64,000 bases of DNA from Octopus sinensis (GCF_006345805.1 NC_042998.1:22754001-22818000), one strand, 5' to 3'. Shown: positions 12,115 through 25,789, counted from the stretch's first letter. Numbers and translations are program-made. The notes: generated by a model from the letters alone, not told the origin.

Positions 12115-12877
12115 ACCCTCAAAATTACTGGCCTTGTACCAGAATCAGAAAGAAAGATTAGGGATTGGTTGGGTCAAGAAAAACAGGCATTCCATTGGTT
12201 ATGTGGAATAAAGCATCTTGCTCAAGGACACAATGTTCCACCAGGAATTGAACACATGACCTTACAATTCTGAACTGAATGCCCTAACCACATGCCTTCT
12301 CTTATGGTTGGTTCAACAAACCACTTGTTTAAATACTTTATTGAACCTTTCAATTGATGTTTCATTGATTGGAGTTCAAATCGTGACAGGAGGTGACTTT
12401 GTGTTTTATTCTTTAACCGTTTTGTGACTTTCTTTCATATGGAATTGATAACCTGTGTGTCTCTATTAATTTTGAAAGCAATGAAGGCTTCGATTGCTTT
12501 TAATAAAATAACTTTTTCCATTATTTCATATCTGAAGCCAATGTTTAAAGCATAACCTTTCTCTGTTTACCTTTCACTGCAACCACTGTTGACTAAACCA
12601 CCTTGAGCAGTGGTGCTGGTGGTGATGGTGCTGGTGGTGGAGGACAAACACACACATACAAACACATGTGTACACACACACACACAAACACATGCGTACA
12701 CACACACACGCAATAGGCTTCCAAACTCTCTGTGTACCAAGTTCACTCACAAACCATTGGTTAGCCTGGGGGCTATAGTAGAAGGCATTTGCTCAAGGTG
12801 CTGTGCAGTGAGACTGGGCCCAAATCTACATGACTGAAAAGTGGGCTTGTTAACCACACAGCCATGCTTGCATCTAT

Positions 12878-12915
<38 letters not shown>

Positions 12916-13400
12916 CACAGGACATTACTGTCTTGAGTTCTAGAACAGACTGGATTGGTTACTTGGTTCCCATGTGTATAGGTGACTGGTACCACAACAT
13001 CCCCCATTAAATGGAATGCCAGTCCCTTGCAGGTTCTCTTATTTACAGGTGAGTGGACTGGAGCAAAGAAATATTGTACTCCAAAACACAACCCATCGCT
13101 TAGTCTGGGAATTAAAGTTATGTTCTTCCAACCATGGATGTAAGACCCTGTCCATTAGGCCATGTGTTTACACACAGTCAAAATATTATGACCATAAACC
13201 TTTATATTCTTTTATTCTTTTATTTGTTTCAGTCATTTGATTATGACCATGCGTATTCTTTGTAAGCCTAGTACTTATTCTATTGGTCTCTTTTGCTGAA
13301 CCACTAAATTACAAGGACTCAAACACACCAACATCAGTTGTCAAGCAATGGTGGAGGGGGAACAAGCATAGATGCAAACACAAATATAAGCATGTAGGAA

Positions 13401-14242
13401 TCTTGTTTGCTTGCTTGCAATGCTACCCAGCCAAACTGGTGCATAATGGGAAAATATTGTGAATCAACTTCCTGCTGAAATGTAAATATGAATGAAATAA
13501 AACAATTTCGCATAAATTGGACAAGTGGTTGTGAAGATATTAGGGGTTTTGGGAGGTATAAATAACCAAAACTGTGCATTATGGGAAGATATTCTGAAAT
13601 TAAACTTAACCACTCTTACCTTTCGATTAGACACTGCGATTGACAACAAAGATATGCGATTTATTTTTTACAGTAAATGTATCTATTTTCGCTTTTGTTA
13701 AACACAATATTTCATTCATTTAGAAATATTTTTAAGTGAATGGGATTTCAAAAATGTAAGTTGTTTGTACAGTGAGTATTTATATTTTAGCTATCTTTAA
13801 ACAGACAATATCTTAATGGTTTTTTAAAATTATTTTCAAGTGAGTGCTATTACAAAAATTTCTTTTAGCATACAGTAAATATTTTGTAAAAGAGCTCGTA
13901 ACCTTGGTGTGAAATAATTTTTTCCATAGGTTTTTTTCAAGTGCATCCAGTGTATCTCACCTCCAAAGATTTAACTGCTAATTCTAGCACACCCTGCTAC
14001 CATGTAACAGCTATTTGCGATAAAGGGCCTGAAATACCTGTTATGTGGTTGCAGGGCATGCAAGAAATAGCAGCCAAATCTTTTCTTTTCTGGGGAAAGG
14101 CGACGTTTGCATGTGATTTCGATGTCACATTTGTTGAAAGCATGCAAAATAACCTGGGAAAGAAAATAAACCTACAAAACAAAACTCTGTTGCTGGGAAA
14201 CTCAGACTTCCCCAGTGACCTAACTGGTCACGAGTAGTCTAG
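13401..14242 (+). mobile_element. Non-autonomous Helitron, copy 1
   Basis: 5' A|TC followed by (TTGC)n; 3' hairpin GTGACC-TAACT-GGTCAC (14215-14231) then CTAG|T (14239-14242). Confidence 0.75.
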
Positions 14243-14266
14243 TAATGCATTAAAAGTCAACTTCAA

Positions 14267-15132
14267 TCTTGCTTGCTTGCTTGCAATGTTACTCAGCCAA
14301 AGTGGTACATAATGGGAAAATACTATAAATTAAGTTGTCCCTCAAATGTTAATACAAACAGAATAAAAGAAGTTTAGTGTAAATTGGACAAATGGTTTTT
14401 GAAACATTAGTGGTTTTGGGGCTATAAATACCCAAAATGGTGCATTATGGGAAAATATTCCAAAATTAACTTAATCCTGAAAGGGAAGAAACTCTTACCT
14501 TTTGATTAGACACAGTGACTTGACAACGAAAAAATAGTTGTTTTTTACAGTAAATGTTTCTATTTCTGCTTTTGTTAAACACAATATTTTATTTATTTAG
14601 GAATATTTTTAAGTGAAATAATTTCAAAAATGTAAGTGGTTTGCACAGTAAGTATTTATATTTTAGCTTTCTTTAAACAAACAATATTTCAATGGTTTTT
14701 AAAATTATTTTCAAGTGAATACCATTACAAAAATTTGTTTTGGCATATTTAAAATATATTTTAAAGTGAAAATGATTTGAAAAGTATTGTAAATATTTTG
14801 TAAAAGACCCGTTCGTAAACTTGGTGTAAAATAATTTTTTCCATAGGATTTTTTCAAGTGCATTCAATGTATCTCACCCCCAAAGATTTGACTGCTACAA
14901 CTTAGCAGCTATTTGTGATAAAGGACCCAAAATATTTGTTATGTGGTAGTAGGGCATGCAAGAAATAGCAGCCAAATGTTTTTTTTTCTGTGGAAAGGAG
15001 CTGTTTACACATGATTTCAAGGTCACATTTGTTGAAATCATGTGAAATAACCCGAAAAAACCCATGGAGGAAAACTCTGTTGCTGGGAATCTCAGACTTT
15101 CCCAGTGACCCAATGGGTCATAGATAGTCTGG
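14267..15132 (+). mobile_element. Non-autonomous Helitron, copy 2 (head-to-tail, 24-bp spacer)
   Basis: 5' A|TC; homologous to copy 1 along its length; hairpin TGACCC-AAT-GGGTCA (15106-15120) then CTGG|T. Confidence 0.75.
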
Positions 15133-15230
15133 TATATATATATATATATACATATATCTATATATATATATATATATTATATATATATATATATCTATGA
15201 CCCAATGGGTCATAGATAGTCTGGTATATA

Positions 15231-15285
<55 letters not shown>

Positions 15286-15361
15286 GAATTTACAAAATAA
15301 AAAATGAAGACGAGTGTGTAAGCAACAAACGGATGCATTAGTTTAACACTCAGGAAGTGAT

Positions 15362-15790
15362 GATGATGATATCATCATCATCATCATCATCATCATTTAG
15401 CATCCGCTTTCCATGCTAGCATGGGTTGGACGGTTCAACTGGGGTCTAAGCCAGAAGGCTGCATCAGGCCCAGTCTGATCTGGCAGTGTTTTTACGGCTG
15501 GATGCCTTTCCTAACGCCAACCACTCCGTGAGTGTAGTGGGTGCTTTTTACGTGCCACCCGCACAGGTGCCAGACCGAGCTGGCAAACGGCCACAGACGG
15601 ATGGTGCTTTTTACGTGCCATCGGCACAGGGGCCAGGTGAGGCTGGCAACAGCTACGAATGGATGGTGCTTTTTATGTGCCACCGGCACGGGGGCCAGAC
15701 GAGGCTGGCAACGGCCACAAACAGATGGTGCTTTTTACGTGCCACCAGCACGGAGGCCAGTTGGGGCGGCGCTGGCAACGGCCACGATCG
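15362..15790 (-). mobile_element. RTE 3' UTR copy (family C) with 62-63-bp tandem units
   Basis: GTGCTTTTTA(C/T)GTGCCA units recur at about 15541, 15604, 15666 and 15728; (CAT)n tail. Confidence 0.8.
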
Positions 15791-16194
15791 GATAGTTCGC
15801 TTACTTATATATATATATATATATATATTTGATCATTCATTTGTATCACCATTGTTCCATGGCAGCATGGGTTATACAAATATATTACTGACGCAGTGTT
15901 TCACGGCTGGATGCCCTTCCTGATGCTAATGCTTATAATGCAAACCTATTTTGCAAGTAAGGGTTCTCTTGTTTTGCGTGTCTACAAAGATACACAATTT
16001 GACCAGACATGTTATTAAGGGGAAAAGTGCTAACAACAACACTGCTTGAACATCACATGTTCAAATTAGTAAACAAACACAGACACACATTATATATGTG
16101 TGTGTGTGCATGTGTGTGTGTGTGTGTGTTGTGTGTGTGTGTGTGTGTGTGCATGTGTGTGTGTGTGTTTATAGATACATATATAAATACACAG

Positions 16195-16700
16195 ACAGAA
16201 CGACCGATATAGATGGATGGATGGATAGGTAGGCAGATGGATAGATAGATGGGTGGATGGATGGGTGGGTAGGTAGGTAGATTGATAGATAGATACATAC
16301 ATACATACATACATAGGAATAGGCAGACAGACAGACAGACAGACAGATAGATGGATAGATAGATAGATAGATAGATAGATGGATGGATGGGTGAATCGAT
16401 GGATAGATAGATAGATAGATACATACATACATACATAGGAATAGACAGACAGACAGATAGATAGATAGATATAGATGGATTGATAGATAAATAGATAGAT
16501 GGATGGGTGAATCAATGGATGGATGGATAGACAGATAGATACTTACATACATATATACATACATACATAGGAATAGACAAACAGACAGACAGACAGATAG
16601 ATGTAGATGGATAGATAGATAAATAGATAAATGGATGGATGGATGGATGGATGAATCAATGGGTGGATGGATGGATAGATAGATAAATAGATAGACAGAT
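16195..16700. repeat. Compound tetranucleotide array (GATA/GGAT/GACA/CATA)
   Basis: Directly visible, with a higher-order ACATAGGAATA motif three times. Confidence 0.9.
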
Positions 16701-17115
16701 AATTTTCTACACAATGATTGAAATCATGCATCTAAAAGAAATGCTACTTTTGATTTTTGTATGCTGGAGAGGAATTGATCATATAATCATATTTATTCAT
16801 GTTGCGCTATTTCTTTCGCTTTCTATCTCCTTAAAAATCTGTCATGATTTTCGTTCCTCTCATCTACATCCCACTGTTGCCATGAATGCTCATGGAATGC
16901 TCATGCTCTCCTCTCTGTAAAAGTCTGAATGCGATGTGTTTACTTCTTGTTGTTTTTTACATGTTTCCTGCTTCAATGGAAACACTGTATGAAACTCCCC
17001 AAGCAATGTCTACAAATGCACACACACATGCACACATGCTCACACACACACACATACATGTCTATATTTGTTGTGCATACATGCATACACATGCATATGC
17101 ATGTATGTATATATG

Positions 17116-17197
<82 letters not shown>

Positions 17198-17646
17198 CAT
17201 TTTGAGGATTAAGAAACTCTGAATAGCATCTCTTACAGCCTCAGCTTTGAAAAAAAGTACTCTGCTCTACTTGATGCTATTGAGTACTTCCTCTCACTTG
17301 GTTGCAATCAAACAATTGTGATAGTTTCAATGTATCACACACACACACACACACACACACAAATATGCTCATGCACACACCCCACACACCTACACATGTG
17401 CTCATGCACACACATACACACACACTTACACACATGTACACATGTTTACACTCACATATACACACACACACATATGCACACAACGCAAATGACATCCTCG
17501 TGCATTGACGACATTGCTTTCCAGATCAAACTGCAGAGTTCTAAAACCTCACCATATGCAGTCCTCGACCACTCCAGTGTAACTCTTGAAATCTATCTAC
17601 AGATATTGTAGAGTTCCTTGCTCGGTATGTTACAAGCTATATATGG

Positions 17647-18414
17647 GGGAGAGGTAGACCCAGGAAGACATGGGATGAGGTAGTCAAGCATGACCTCAGA
17701 GCATTGGGCCTCACTGAGGCAATGGCGAAGGACCGAGATCTCTGGAGATGTGCTGTGACTACAAAGACCCGGGATGCTTCCGGCACCAGTTCCGCATAGC
17801 CCCTGCCCATTCAAAGTACCTTGGATCCCGGAACATCTCGCTGTGCTTGAGGAGACCTGTTGAGTCAAGTGCATGTACATGAACATCGAAACAAATATCA
17901 ATGGAAATAGTAGTTGTGATACGTGGCCGTTGCCAGCGCTGCCTCGACTGGCTTCTGTGCCGGTGGCACACAAAAAGCACCATCCGAATGTGGCCATTGC
18001 CAGCGCCGCCTCGACTGGCTTCTGTGCCGGTGGCACATAAAAAGCACCATCCGAACGTGGCCGATGCCAGCGCCGCCTCGACTGGCTTCTGTGCTGGTGG
18101 CACATAAAAAGCACCATCCAAACGTGGCCAATGCCAGCGCCGCCTTGGCTGGCTTCTGTGCCGGTGGCATGTTAAAAGCACCAACCGATCGTGGCACCAG
18201 ACCCCCCCTGGCACCTGTGCAGGTGGCACATAAAAAGCACCCACTACACTTGCGGAGTGGTTGGCGTTAGGAAGGGCATCCAGCTGTAGAAACACTGCCA
18301 GATCAGACTGGAGCCTGGTGCAGCCCTGGCTTCCCAGACCCCGGTCGAACCGTCCGACCCGTGCTAGCGCGGAAAACGGATGTTAAACGATGATGATGAT
18401 GATGATGATGATGA
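17647..18414 (+). mobile_element. 5'-truncated RTE-clade LINE: ORF C-terminus, long 3' UTR with four 67-bp repeats, (GAT)n tail
   Basis: 17647-17799 reads GRGRPRKTWDEVVKHDLRALGLTEAMAKDRDLWRCAV..*, a typical RTE C-terminus. The 67-bp units start at 17923, 17990, 18057 and 18124. Confidence 0.85.
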
Positions 18415-18689
18415 TATGTGAATTCCATAATTTTTTTTTTATCCAAGTTAATGAAATAATCTAAACTGATTGAATAGTGCATCTCATGCTGGAGCACTGT
18501 CTTCAGTCGAACAAATCAACCCCAGGACTTATTCTTTGTTAGCCTAGTATTTATTCTATTGGTCTTTTTTTTGCCAAACTGCTAAGTTACAGAGCCGTAA
18601 ACACACCAACATCAGTTGTCAAGCGATGGTGGGGGAACAAACACACACACAAATATATATACACATATATATATATTGCTAACCACTAA

Positions 18690-18865
18690 ACCTTTTTATT
18701 TTATTTTCTCTGTCTATTTCTCTTATCTCTTTCTGTTGAAGAGCATAGGCTCAAAACCTAAAAGACTTTCTCACTTCTCAAGCATTAAAGTAATACATCT
18801 GTTTTTTGTTTACACACTCGTCTTCGTCTTTTGTTTTGTTTGTTTTCTTGTAAATTCCAACTATA

Positions 18866-18868
<3 letters not shown>
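18690..18868 (+). mobile_element. Short Penelope-type repeat family G with a variant minimal hammerhead (other copies 51932-52090 -, 61560-61735 +, fragment 15283-15358 -)
   Basis: TCTTT-CTGTTGA-A-GAGC(N4)GCTC-GAAAC-GTA-AAAGA, best preserved at 52021-52058 on the minus strand. Confidence 0.6.
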
Positions 18869-18898
<30 letters not shown>

Positions 18899-18901
18899 CT
18901 T

Positions 18902-19166
18902 TATTGTATAAAGAATCGTGGGTAAGGCTAGAGCAATGCAAAGTAAATGCAAAGCAAATAACAAGAAAACAAATATATGAATTAGTGTAGACTTACTTTG
19001 CATTCAATATTTCGGGCTTATGACCCCATTTTCAAGAAATTAACGAATGCTGTCAAAATATTGAATGCAAGGTAAGTCTACATTAATTCATATATTTGTT
19101 TTCTTGGGATTTGCCTTGCATTTACTTTGCATTGTTCTGGCCTTACCCACGATCCTTTATACAATA
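18902..19166. repeat. 113-bp inverted repeat pair (18902-19014 / 19054-19166), 39-bp spacer
   Basis: The arms are reverse complements with scattered mismatches, flanked by (TA)n. Confidence 0.85.
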
Positions 19167-19198
19167 TATTCTACACAATACTTCATAGTAATTATTCT

Positions 19199-19242
<44 letters not shown>

Positions 19243-19413
19243 ATATATATATATATATTATATCATCATCATCATCATCATCATCATTGTCGTTTAACAT
19301 CTGCTTTCCAAGCTGGCATGGGTAGAATGAGGACTGGCAAGCCAGAGGGCTGTGCCAGGCTCCAGTCTGATCTGGCAAGGTTTCTACCACTAGTTGCCCT
19401 TTCTCACACCAAC

Positions 19414-19481
<68 letters not shown>

Positions 19482-19789
19482 ATATTTAAATAGGTGAATG
19501 AATAATCCTATGTTTATCGCCAGCATGGAAAATTCTACTATCTATCTTTGACGTCAATTCTTCTAGCGGTTTTTTTAAAAAACACTCATTATCGTTTTGT
19601 TTATCATGTAGGCAGTCATTGAAATTTTTGTTTGTCTTGTTGTTGAGAGAGGCTCCCTTTCTTTCCTGATGAGAAGATTGCATAATGCACCCTTTATTCC
19701 TTTGGAATGAAAACATGTGGTCTTCGAAACATATGTCGAGAGTAAAGGAATTTTGTTAACATCTTCGTTCGACTCCATTCTTTCATTTA

Positions 19790-19833
<44 letters not shown>

Positions 19834-20930
19834 TACAACAGGCTTCATTCAGTTTCAGTGTACCAAATGCAAGCAAAAGGCTTTGGTCAACCCGAAGCTA
19901 TAGTAGAAGATACTTTCCCAAAGTGCCATGCAGTGGAACTGAACCTGGAACTATGTGGTTGGGAAGCCAGCTTATTACCTCACAGCCACACTTGCACCTA
20001 GATATCCTTTCTAGATGGATGTAACTTTTCATGGTTTCGCGATATAAATTAAGCATTGTATTTATTGCTCTGTGTTTATTTTGAAATAAAATAAAACAGA
20101 TGCCATAAAGCATACATCCTTATATTTATTGTTTCTGGGATTTTCTATCTGGAAAATAATTTTGTTTTCAATTAAGTTGCCTGCTGTGAAAAATTCAAAT
20201 TATTCCACATGCTCATGAGGAAGACAGTGAGATACGAATCGGTAGAAATAGATTGATAGATCATTTTGAGAGGGAGGCGGTAGGATGTGTGAAAAAGAAA
20301 GAGAGGGGGGGACAAGAGAAAGAGAGAGAGAGAGAGAGAGATAACAAAACTGAATCCAATGAATATTTGAAATCAAGAGTAACACTTTGTAATTTTCTAA
20401 TTCATGTGAGCAAGGTACGGAAAAAAAAAAATTCATATATAAGCATGATTTTTTTTTTTTGTCTGTTTGTTTCTAAAATTATACAGAAGGAAATTAACTT
20501 TCATATGCTGCCCTTAAAAGGAATTTTTGAATCGTTAATATTTAACTAATGAATAATTTAATTTGAAGATGAATGACTGGTAGAAAAATGAATTAAAATT
20601 TCATTTGCCAAATGAAAGAGTATCGTATCTATTTGAAAATAAATTTGATATGTGTATTGACTGAAATCAATTATTGTATGACAAATATAAAAAAAAACAG
20701 TGAGAAAGAAAGTAAGAGAATGAGAGAGAGAGAGAGAGAGAGAGAGATAAGGAAGAAAAAACAACAAACAAAGTATAAAGAATCTCTTTTTTCCTTCACT
20801 TTTTTTTTTTTTTTTGCTAACAATTAAAATTTAGTTGGCAAGCGAAGTTTTATTGCTAAATTTTAATTTTTAGAAAATGATATATCATTTAGGGAAACAG
20901 AGAGAAATGAGAAAGAGATAAATAGAATAG

Positions 20931-20961
<31 letters not shown>

Positions 20962-21407
20962 AGAGATGAAATTTAATTAGAAAATTTACAAATAGTAATA
21001 ATTTCTCTTTTTTTTCGTTTGTACTTTTTTTTTTTGTTATCGTCTTTTGTTTCAAAGAATCATTGCTAAGAGTTCAGATATATTCCACAAAGAAACAAAA
21101 CTTGTATATAGTATTTGTATGTAGATTATGTTTAAAGAATTATGCTTTTTATTGTATATTTCTATACAATTGTTGAAAAAAAATATATATAAAAGCAAAT
21201 GAAACCGAGCATATTTTTGAGTTTGTGCGTAATTTTGAAGTGAATATCTTACTATAAATATTGAAATTAATACAATTTTGCTAACTGATAGTTTTTTTTT
21301 CCCTTATAAAGCTTTTTACACTAAAGTTCATTGCAGTTATTTTATTATTAATTATAATCCAATAATGATAATAATAATAATAAGAAGAAAAATAATAATA
21401 ATAATAA

Positions 21408-21442
<35 letters not shown>

Positions 21443-21458
21443 TAATAATAATAATAAT

Positions 21459-21830
21459 AACAAGACCACTCAGAGAGTGCAAACCTCTGCCAAGGCAACA
21501 CCAACGTCCTCTTAACGATTAGCCAGAGATGATTTTTATAATGAGAATATCGGAAATAAACTCAAATGCTCTCACAAATGAGAATACTAAAAATGACCCC
21601 GAATGCTCTCAAAAATTAAGTAAAAAAAGACAGAAAAATAATTTAGAATCCTTGTCCTGTACCAGATCGATGCCAAAATCTAATCAGCTCGTGCCAGTCA
21701 TGAGGCCAAACATCCCTGAAAGTTTCATCCAAATCCATCCAGTGGTTCTTGAGATATCTTGTCCATGGACAAACAAACACACAAACATGACTGAAAAAAT
21801 ATACCTCTACCTTCGCTAAGGTGGAGGTAA
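21459..21830 (+). mobile_element. HINE/DINE-1-like non-autonomous element
   Basis: 5' AACAAG..ACCTCTGCCAAGG sub-terminal motif; 3' hairpin ACCTCTACCTT-CGCT-AAGGTGGAGGT (21803-21828); inserted in (AAT)n. Confidence 0.6.
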
Positions 21831-21887
21831 TAATAATGATGATGATAATATGTAATGGATGTGCCTGGTGTACCCTTATCAGAAGGG

Positions 21888-22146
21888 TAGTTAGTTAGTT
21901 AATTTTTTGGCTCAAAAAGCAAAAAGCAAGGCCATATATGGGGACATGGAGTTATGTACAGGGTGGTGTTCATGTAAAGAGTTCAGGCCACTTGTGGTCA
22001 AGGGAGACTTTGAACCGAGCGGTCGTCGGCATCTTCACCATCTCGTCCAGCAGCTTATTCCACGGATCTGCAACCCAGACGGAGAAAGCCCCTCTCTTTC
22101 GATTGAGATGAAATTGTCGCAGATACAGCTTTTCGGAATGACCCCA
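21888..22146 (-). mobile_element. CR1-type LINE 3' end with a (TAAC)n tail, inserted into an older SINE tail
   Basis: Minus frame reads HSEKLYLRQFHLNRKRGAFSVWVADPWNKLLDEMVKMPTTARFKVSLDHKWPELFT*, matching the CR1 GHS.KL..FS.RV..WN.LP..FK..LD signature. Confidence 0.8.
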
Positions 22147-22575
22147 GTAGTCATGATGGGTGTACTGAGTTTCATATATTTTACCCCAGTGTCACTTTGA
22201 TGGCATGCACTGCTCTCTCACTCAATAATAATAATAATAACAATAATAATAACAACTAGTGCACACACACACACTCACACATTCTCACACACACACACAC
22301 ATACATCCATACATATAGTGGTGGACTGGCCAGGTTGCCAGTTTGCCTGATGGTAAGTGGACCCCTGTGCCATTAGGATCCATATATGGGAGTTCATGTT
22401 AGTATCTAAGGAGCCCATCCCTGTCAAGTTTGAGAATTTTCTATTCACTCCTGGAAGAATGCATTAATTATTTCAGCCTGGCTGTGTTTGTAGACAGTTG
22501 AAAAGAATACTTTTAACAAAAAAAAAAAATTACCCAGTTCACCATTATACATGTGTGTGTGTATAGATATATATA

Positions 22576-23994
22576 TTATGCTGCCTCACATGAAATGTCA
22601 CATTTGAAAAAAGAAACAAAAAAATTGTTTTTTAAGTTTTAGAATATCTATTTAATCAAATTATGATCTTTGAGAGTCAAAACTATTGAAAAGGTTGCAA
22701 GGCGCAACGAAAATTTTAGAAAATAAAAATAAGAAATAAGTGGAAATTTTACCTGTGAGTGTGTTAAATAATAAGGCAATAATAAGGCACTAAAAGAGAA
22801 TGACTCTCCCCAGACACAACAAATTATGATCCTTGTTCATTTATGACCTTCATCCAACATTCCTCTAAGGCATATATTCCATCTTCAAAGAATTTGTCTT
22901 CTTTTACTCTGATAAACTGTTCAAAATGCTTCAATTACCTCTTCTTTATTTAAGAATGTTTTATTGCGTATAGCAAGCTCGAAGCGTTTTAATATGTGAT
23001 AATCAATTGGAGAGATGTCAGGAGAATAAGGAGGTTATGCCAAAATTTCATAATTCAGGCTTTGCAACTTGTAGACCATAGCTTGAGGAGTGTGAGGCCA
23101 TGCATTGTCATGAAGCAAAATTGGTCCATCTTTATTCGCTTATCTGAGTTGCTTCTTTTTTAATTTTTTATGCATACAATCAATTTCTTAACAATAGGAT
23201 GCTGCTGTTACAGTTTTTCCTTGTTGCAAAAATGTATAATGAATAACCCCCTTTGCTGACCACCATACAGCAACCACCAACATTTTAGGGTGCAATGGTG
23301 GTTTTGGGTAGTGCTTTGGTGACTCTCCTGCATCTAACCACTGCCCTGTCCTCCTGCTGTTATCAAAGAGTATCTGTTTCTCATTACACGTAATGAGTCG
23401 ATACAAAAATGGTTCTGTTTCCAACCGAGAAATCACCACGGAACACACTGTAAGGCGTCTGTTTCTTTGAATCTCATTAAGTTGATGGGGAACAAACCTA
23501 TCCATCTTTTTGACTTTTCCAATTTTCTTCAAGTGTCGAGAAGCAGTTGCAGGAAATGTCAGGAGCTCTGATCCGATTTTTCGGACCATTGTTCTCGGAT
23601 TTCGTTTAACCAAAGCATTCAATCCATCATACTGAATAACTGATCCTGGTCTCCCTCTTGGTTCATTTTTAAAGCTTTCATTTCCTGAACGAAATCTTTG
23701 GAACCATCTCTGAACAGTTCTAATGTCAACAGATTCATTACCAAAAGCCCGCTTGATGTTTCATAGAGCTTCAGTGGCAGAGTGAGCCAACTCGTATTCA
23801 TACAAGAAAATCACTTGTTCAGTTATCAATAGTGTCATAAGAGCTGTGGGCAGCAATTTTGAATAATGGTATTGTATAGAAAGAAAAAGAGTTAAGAGTA
23901 AACATAAGCAAATACATAGAAACTCATTAAAAATCCATTTATAGATGACTCATAAGTAACCCATTTAAAATACATTTCATGTGAGGCAATCTAA
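22576..23994 (-). mobile_element. Full-length decayed mariner (Tc1/mariner) with TIRs and TA TSD
   Basis: TIRs TTATGCTGCCTCACATGAAATGT (22576-22598) and its 3-mismatch inverse (23972-23994), with TA on both flanks. The disrupted transposase starts at ATG 23838: RTVQRWFQRF, FVPHQL, ITCNEK, HPK, remnants of HDNA and YSPDISP, ending GSYFD-like. It carries an insertion at 22669-22820. Confidence 0.9.
22669..22820. mobile_element. Half-collapsed copy of the foldback MITE with an 11-bp TSD, inside the mariner
   Basis: AAATTATGATC at 22658-22668 and 22821-22831; the body equals the reverse complement of 9113-9233. Confidence 0.7.
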
Positions 23995-24110
23995 TATATA
24001 TGTGTGCGTGTGTATTATATATATTATGTATGTGTGCATTATATATATATTTATATATATTGTATATATTATATATGCTTGTATATATATATTATATACA
24101 TATTATATAT

Positions 24111-24329
24111 TATTCTTTTATTCTTTTACTTGTTTCAGTCATTTGACTGCGGCCATGCTGGAGCATCGCCTTTAGTCAAACAAATCAACCCCAGGACTTA
24201 TTCTTTCTTAGCCTAGTACTTATTCTATCCGTCTCTTTTGCTGAACTGCTAAGTTACGGGTACATAAACACACCAACATCAGTTGTCAAGTGACGTTTGT
24301 GGCAACAGAGACACACACACACACACACA

Positions 24330-24382
<53 letters not shown>

Positions 24383-24551
24383 CTATACAGTGGGCTTCCT
24401 TCACTTTCCGTCTACCAAATCCACTCACAAGGCTTTGGTCAGCCCGAGGCAGCAGTAGAAGACACTTGGCCCAAGGTGCCATACAGTGGGACTGAACTCG
24501 GGACCATGTGGTTGTAAGCAAGCTACTTACCACATAGCCATGCCTGCACCT
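24111..24551 (-). mobile_element. SINE family A, full length
   Basis: Homologous to 35598-36023. Confidence 0.88.
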
Positions 24552-24616
24552 ATATTATAAATATTTATATATATGTGTATATATATATATATATTATATA
24601 TGTTTTTATATATGTG

Positions 24617-25447
24617 TGTGTGTATGTGTATGTGTGTGTGTATTTATGTATAGGTGTATGTGTATGTGTGTGTGTATTTATGTATAGGTGTATGTGTATG
24701 TGTGTGTGTATTTATGTATAGGTGTATGTGTATGTGTGTGTGTATTTATGTATAGGTGTATGTGTATGTGTGTGTGTATTTATGTATAGGTGTATGTGTA
24801 TGTGTGTGTGTATTTATGTATAGGTGTATGTGTATGTGTGTGTGTATTTATGTATAGGTGTATGTGTATGTGTGTGTGTATTTATGTATAGGTGTATGTG
24901 TATGTGTGTGTGTATTTATGTATAGGTGTATGTGTATGTGTGTGTGTATTTATGTATAGGTGTATGTGTATGTGTGTGTGTATTTATGTATAGGTGTATG
25001 TGTGTGTGTATGTGTGTGTTGTATTTATGTATAGGTGTATGTGTATGTGTGTGGTGTATTATGTATAGGTGTATGTGTATGTGTGTGTGTATTTATGTAT
25101 AGGTGTATGTGTATGTGTGTGTGTATTTATGTATAGGTGTATGTGTAGTGTGTGTGTGTATTTATGTATAGGTGTATGTGTATGTGTGTGTGTATTATGT
25201 ATAGGTGTGTGTGTATGTGTGTGTGTATTTATGTATAGGTGTATGTGTATGTGTGTGTGTGTGTGTGTATTATGTATAGGTGTATGGTATGTGTGTGTGT
25301 ATTTATGTATAGGTGTATGTGTATGTGTGTGTGTATTTATGTATAGGTGTATGTGTATGTGTGTGTGTATTTATGTATAGGTGTGTGTGTGTGTGTGTGT
25401 ATTTATGTATAGGTGTATGTGTATGTGTGTGTGTATTTATGTATAGG

Positions 25448-25460
<13 letters not shown>
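24617..25460. repeat. 34-bp minisatellite (GTGTATGTGTATGTGTGTGTGTATTTATGTATAG)n, about 25 units
   Basis: TAGG recurs at 24651, 24685 and onward; homogeneous in the first half, eroded in the second. Confidence 0.95.
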
Positions 25461-25479
<19 letters not shown>

Positions 25480-25789
25480 ACGAACAAGAAGAGTAGCTTT
25501 TGAGTGATGTCTTTAGGTGTCTTAAAGTTTCTATAGCAAATTCTGTGAATGGAACTAAACAACACCTTCTTGGATATATATTGATATATATATACATTAG
25601 TTCCAGAGACTCTAGAAATCTCCAGATGAATTGTTTGCTTCTGTTTGTGAGCAAGATCTCTTTAATGGAAAGCTCAGCAATCCATTATAATCAAAACGAC
25701 AACAGCAGCCAGTTTACTCTTTCAAAACATTGTCTACAATATGGAAATAACTGTCCATTTATTTTCCATTTCCTATTTTTTCCTCCTCC

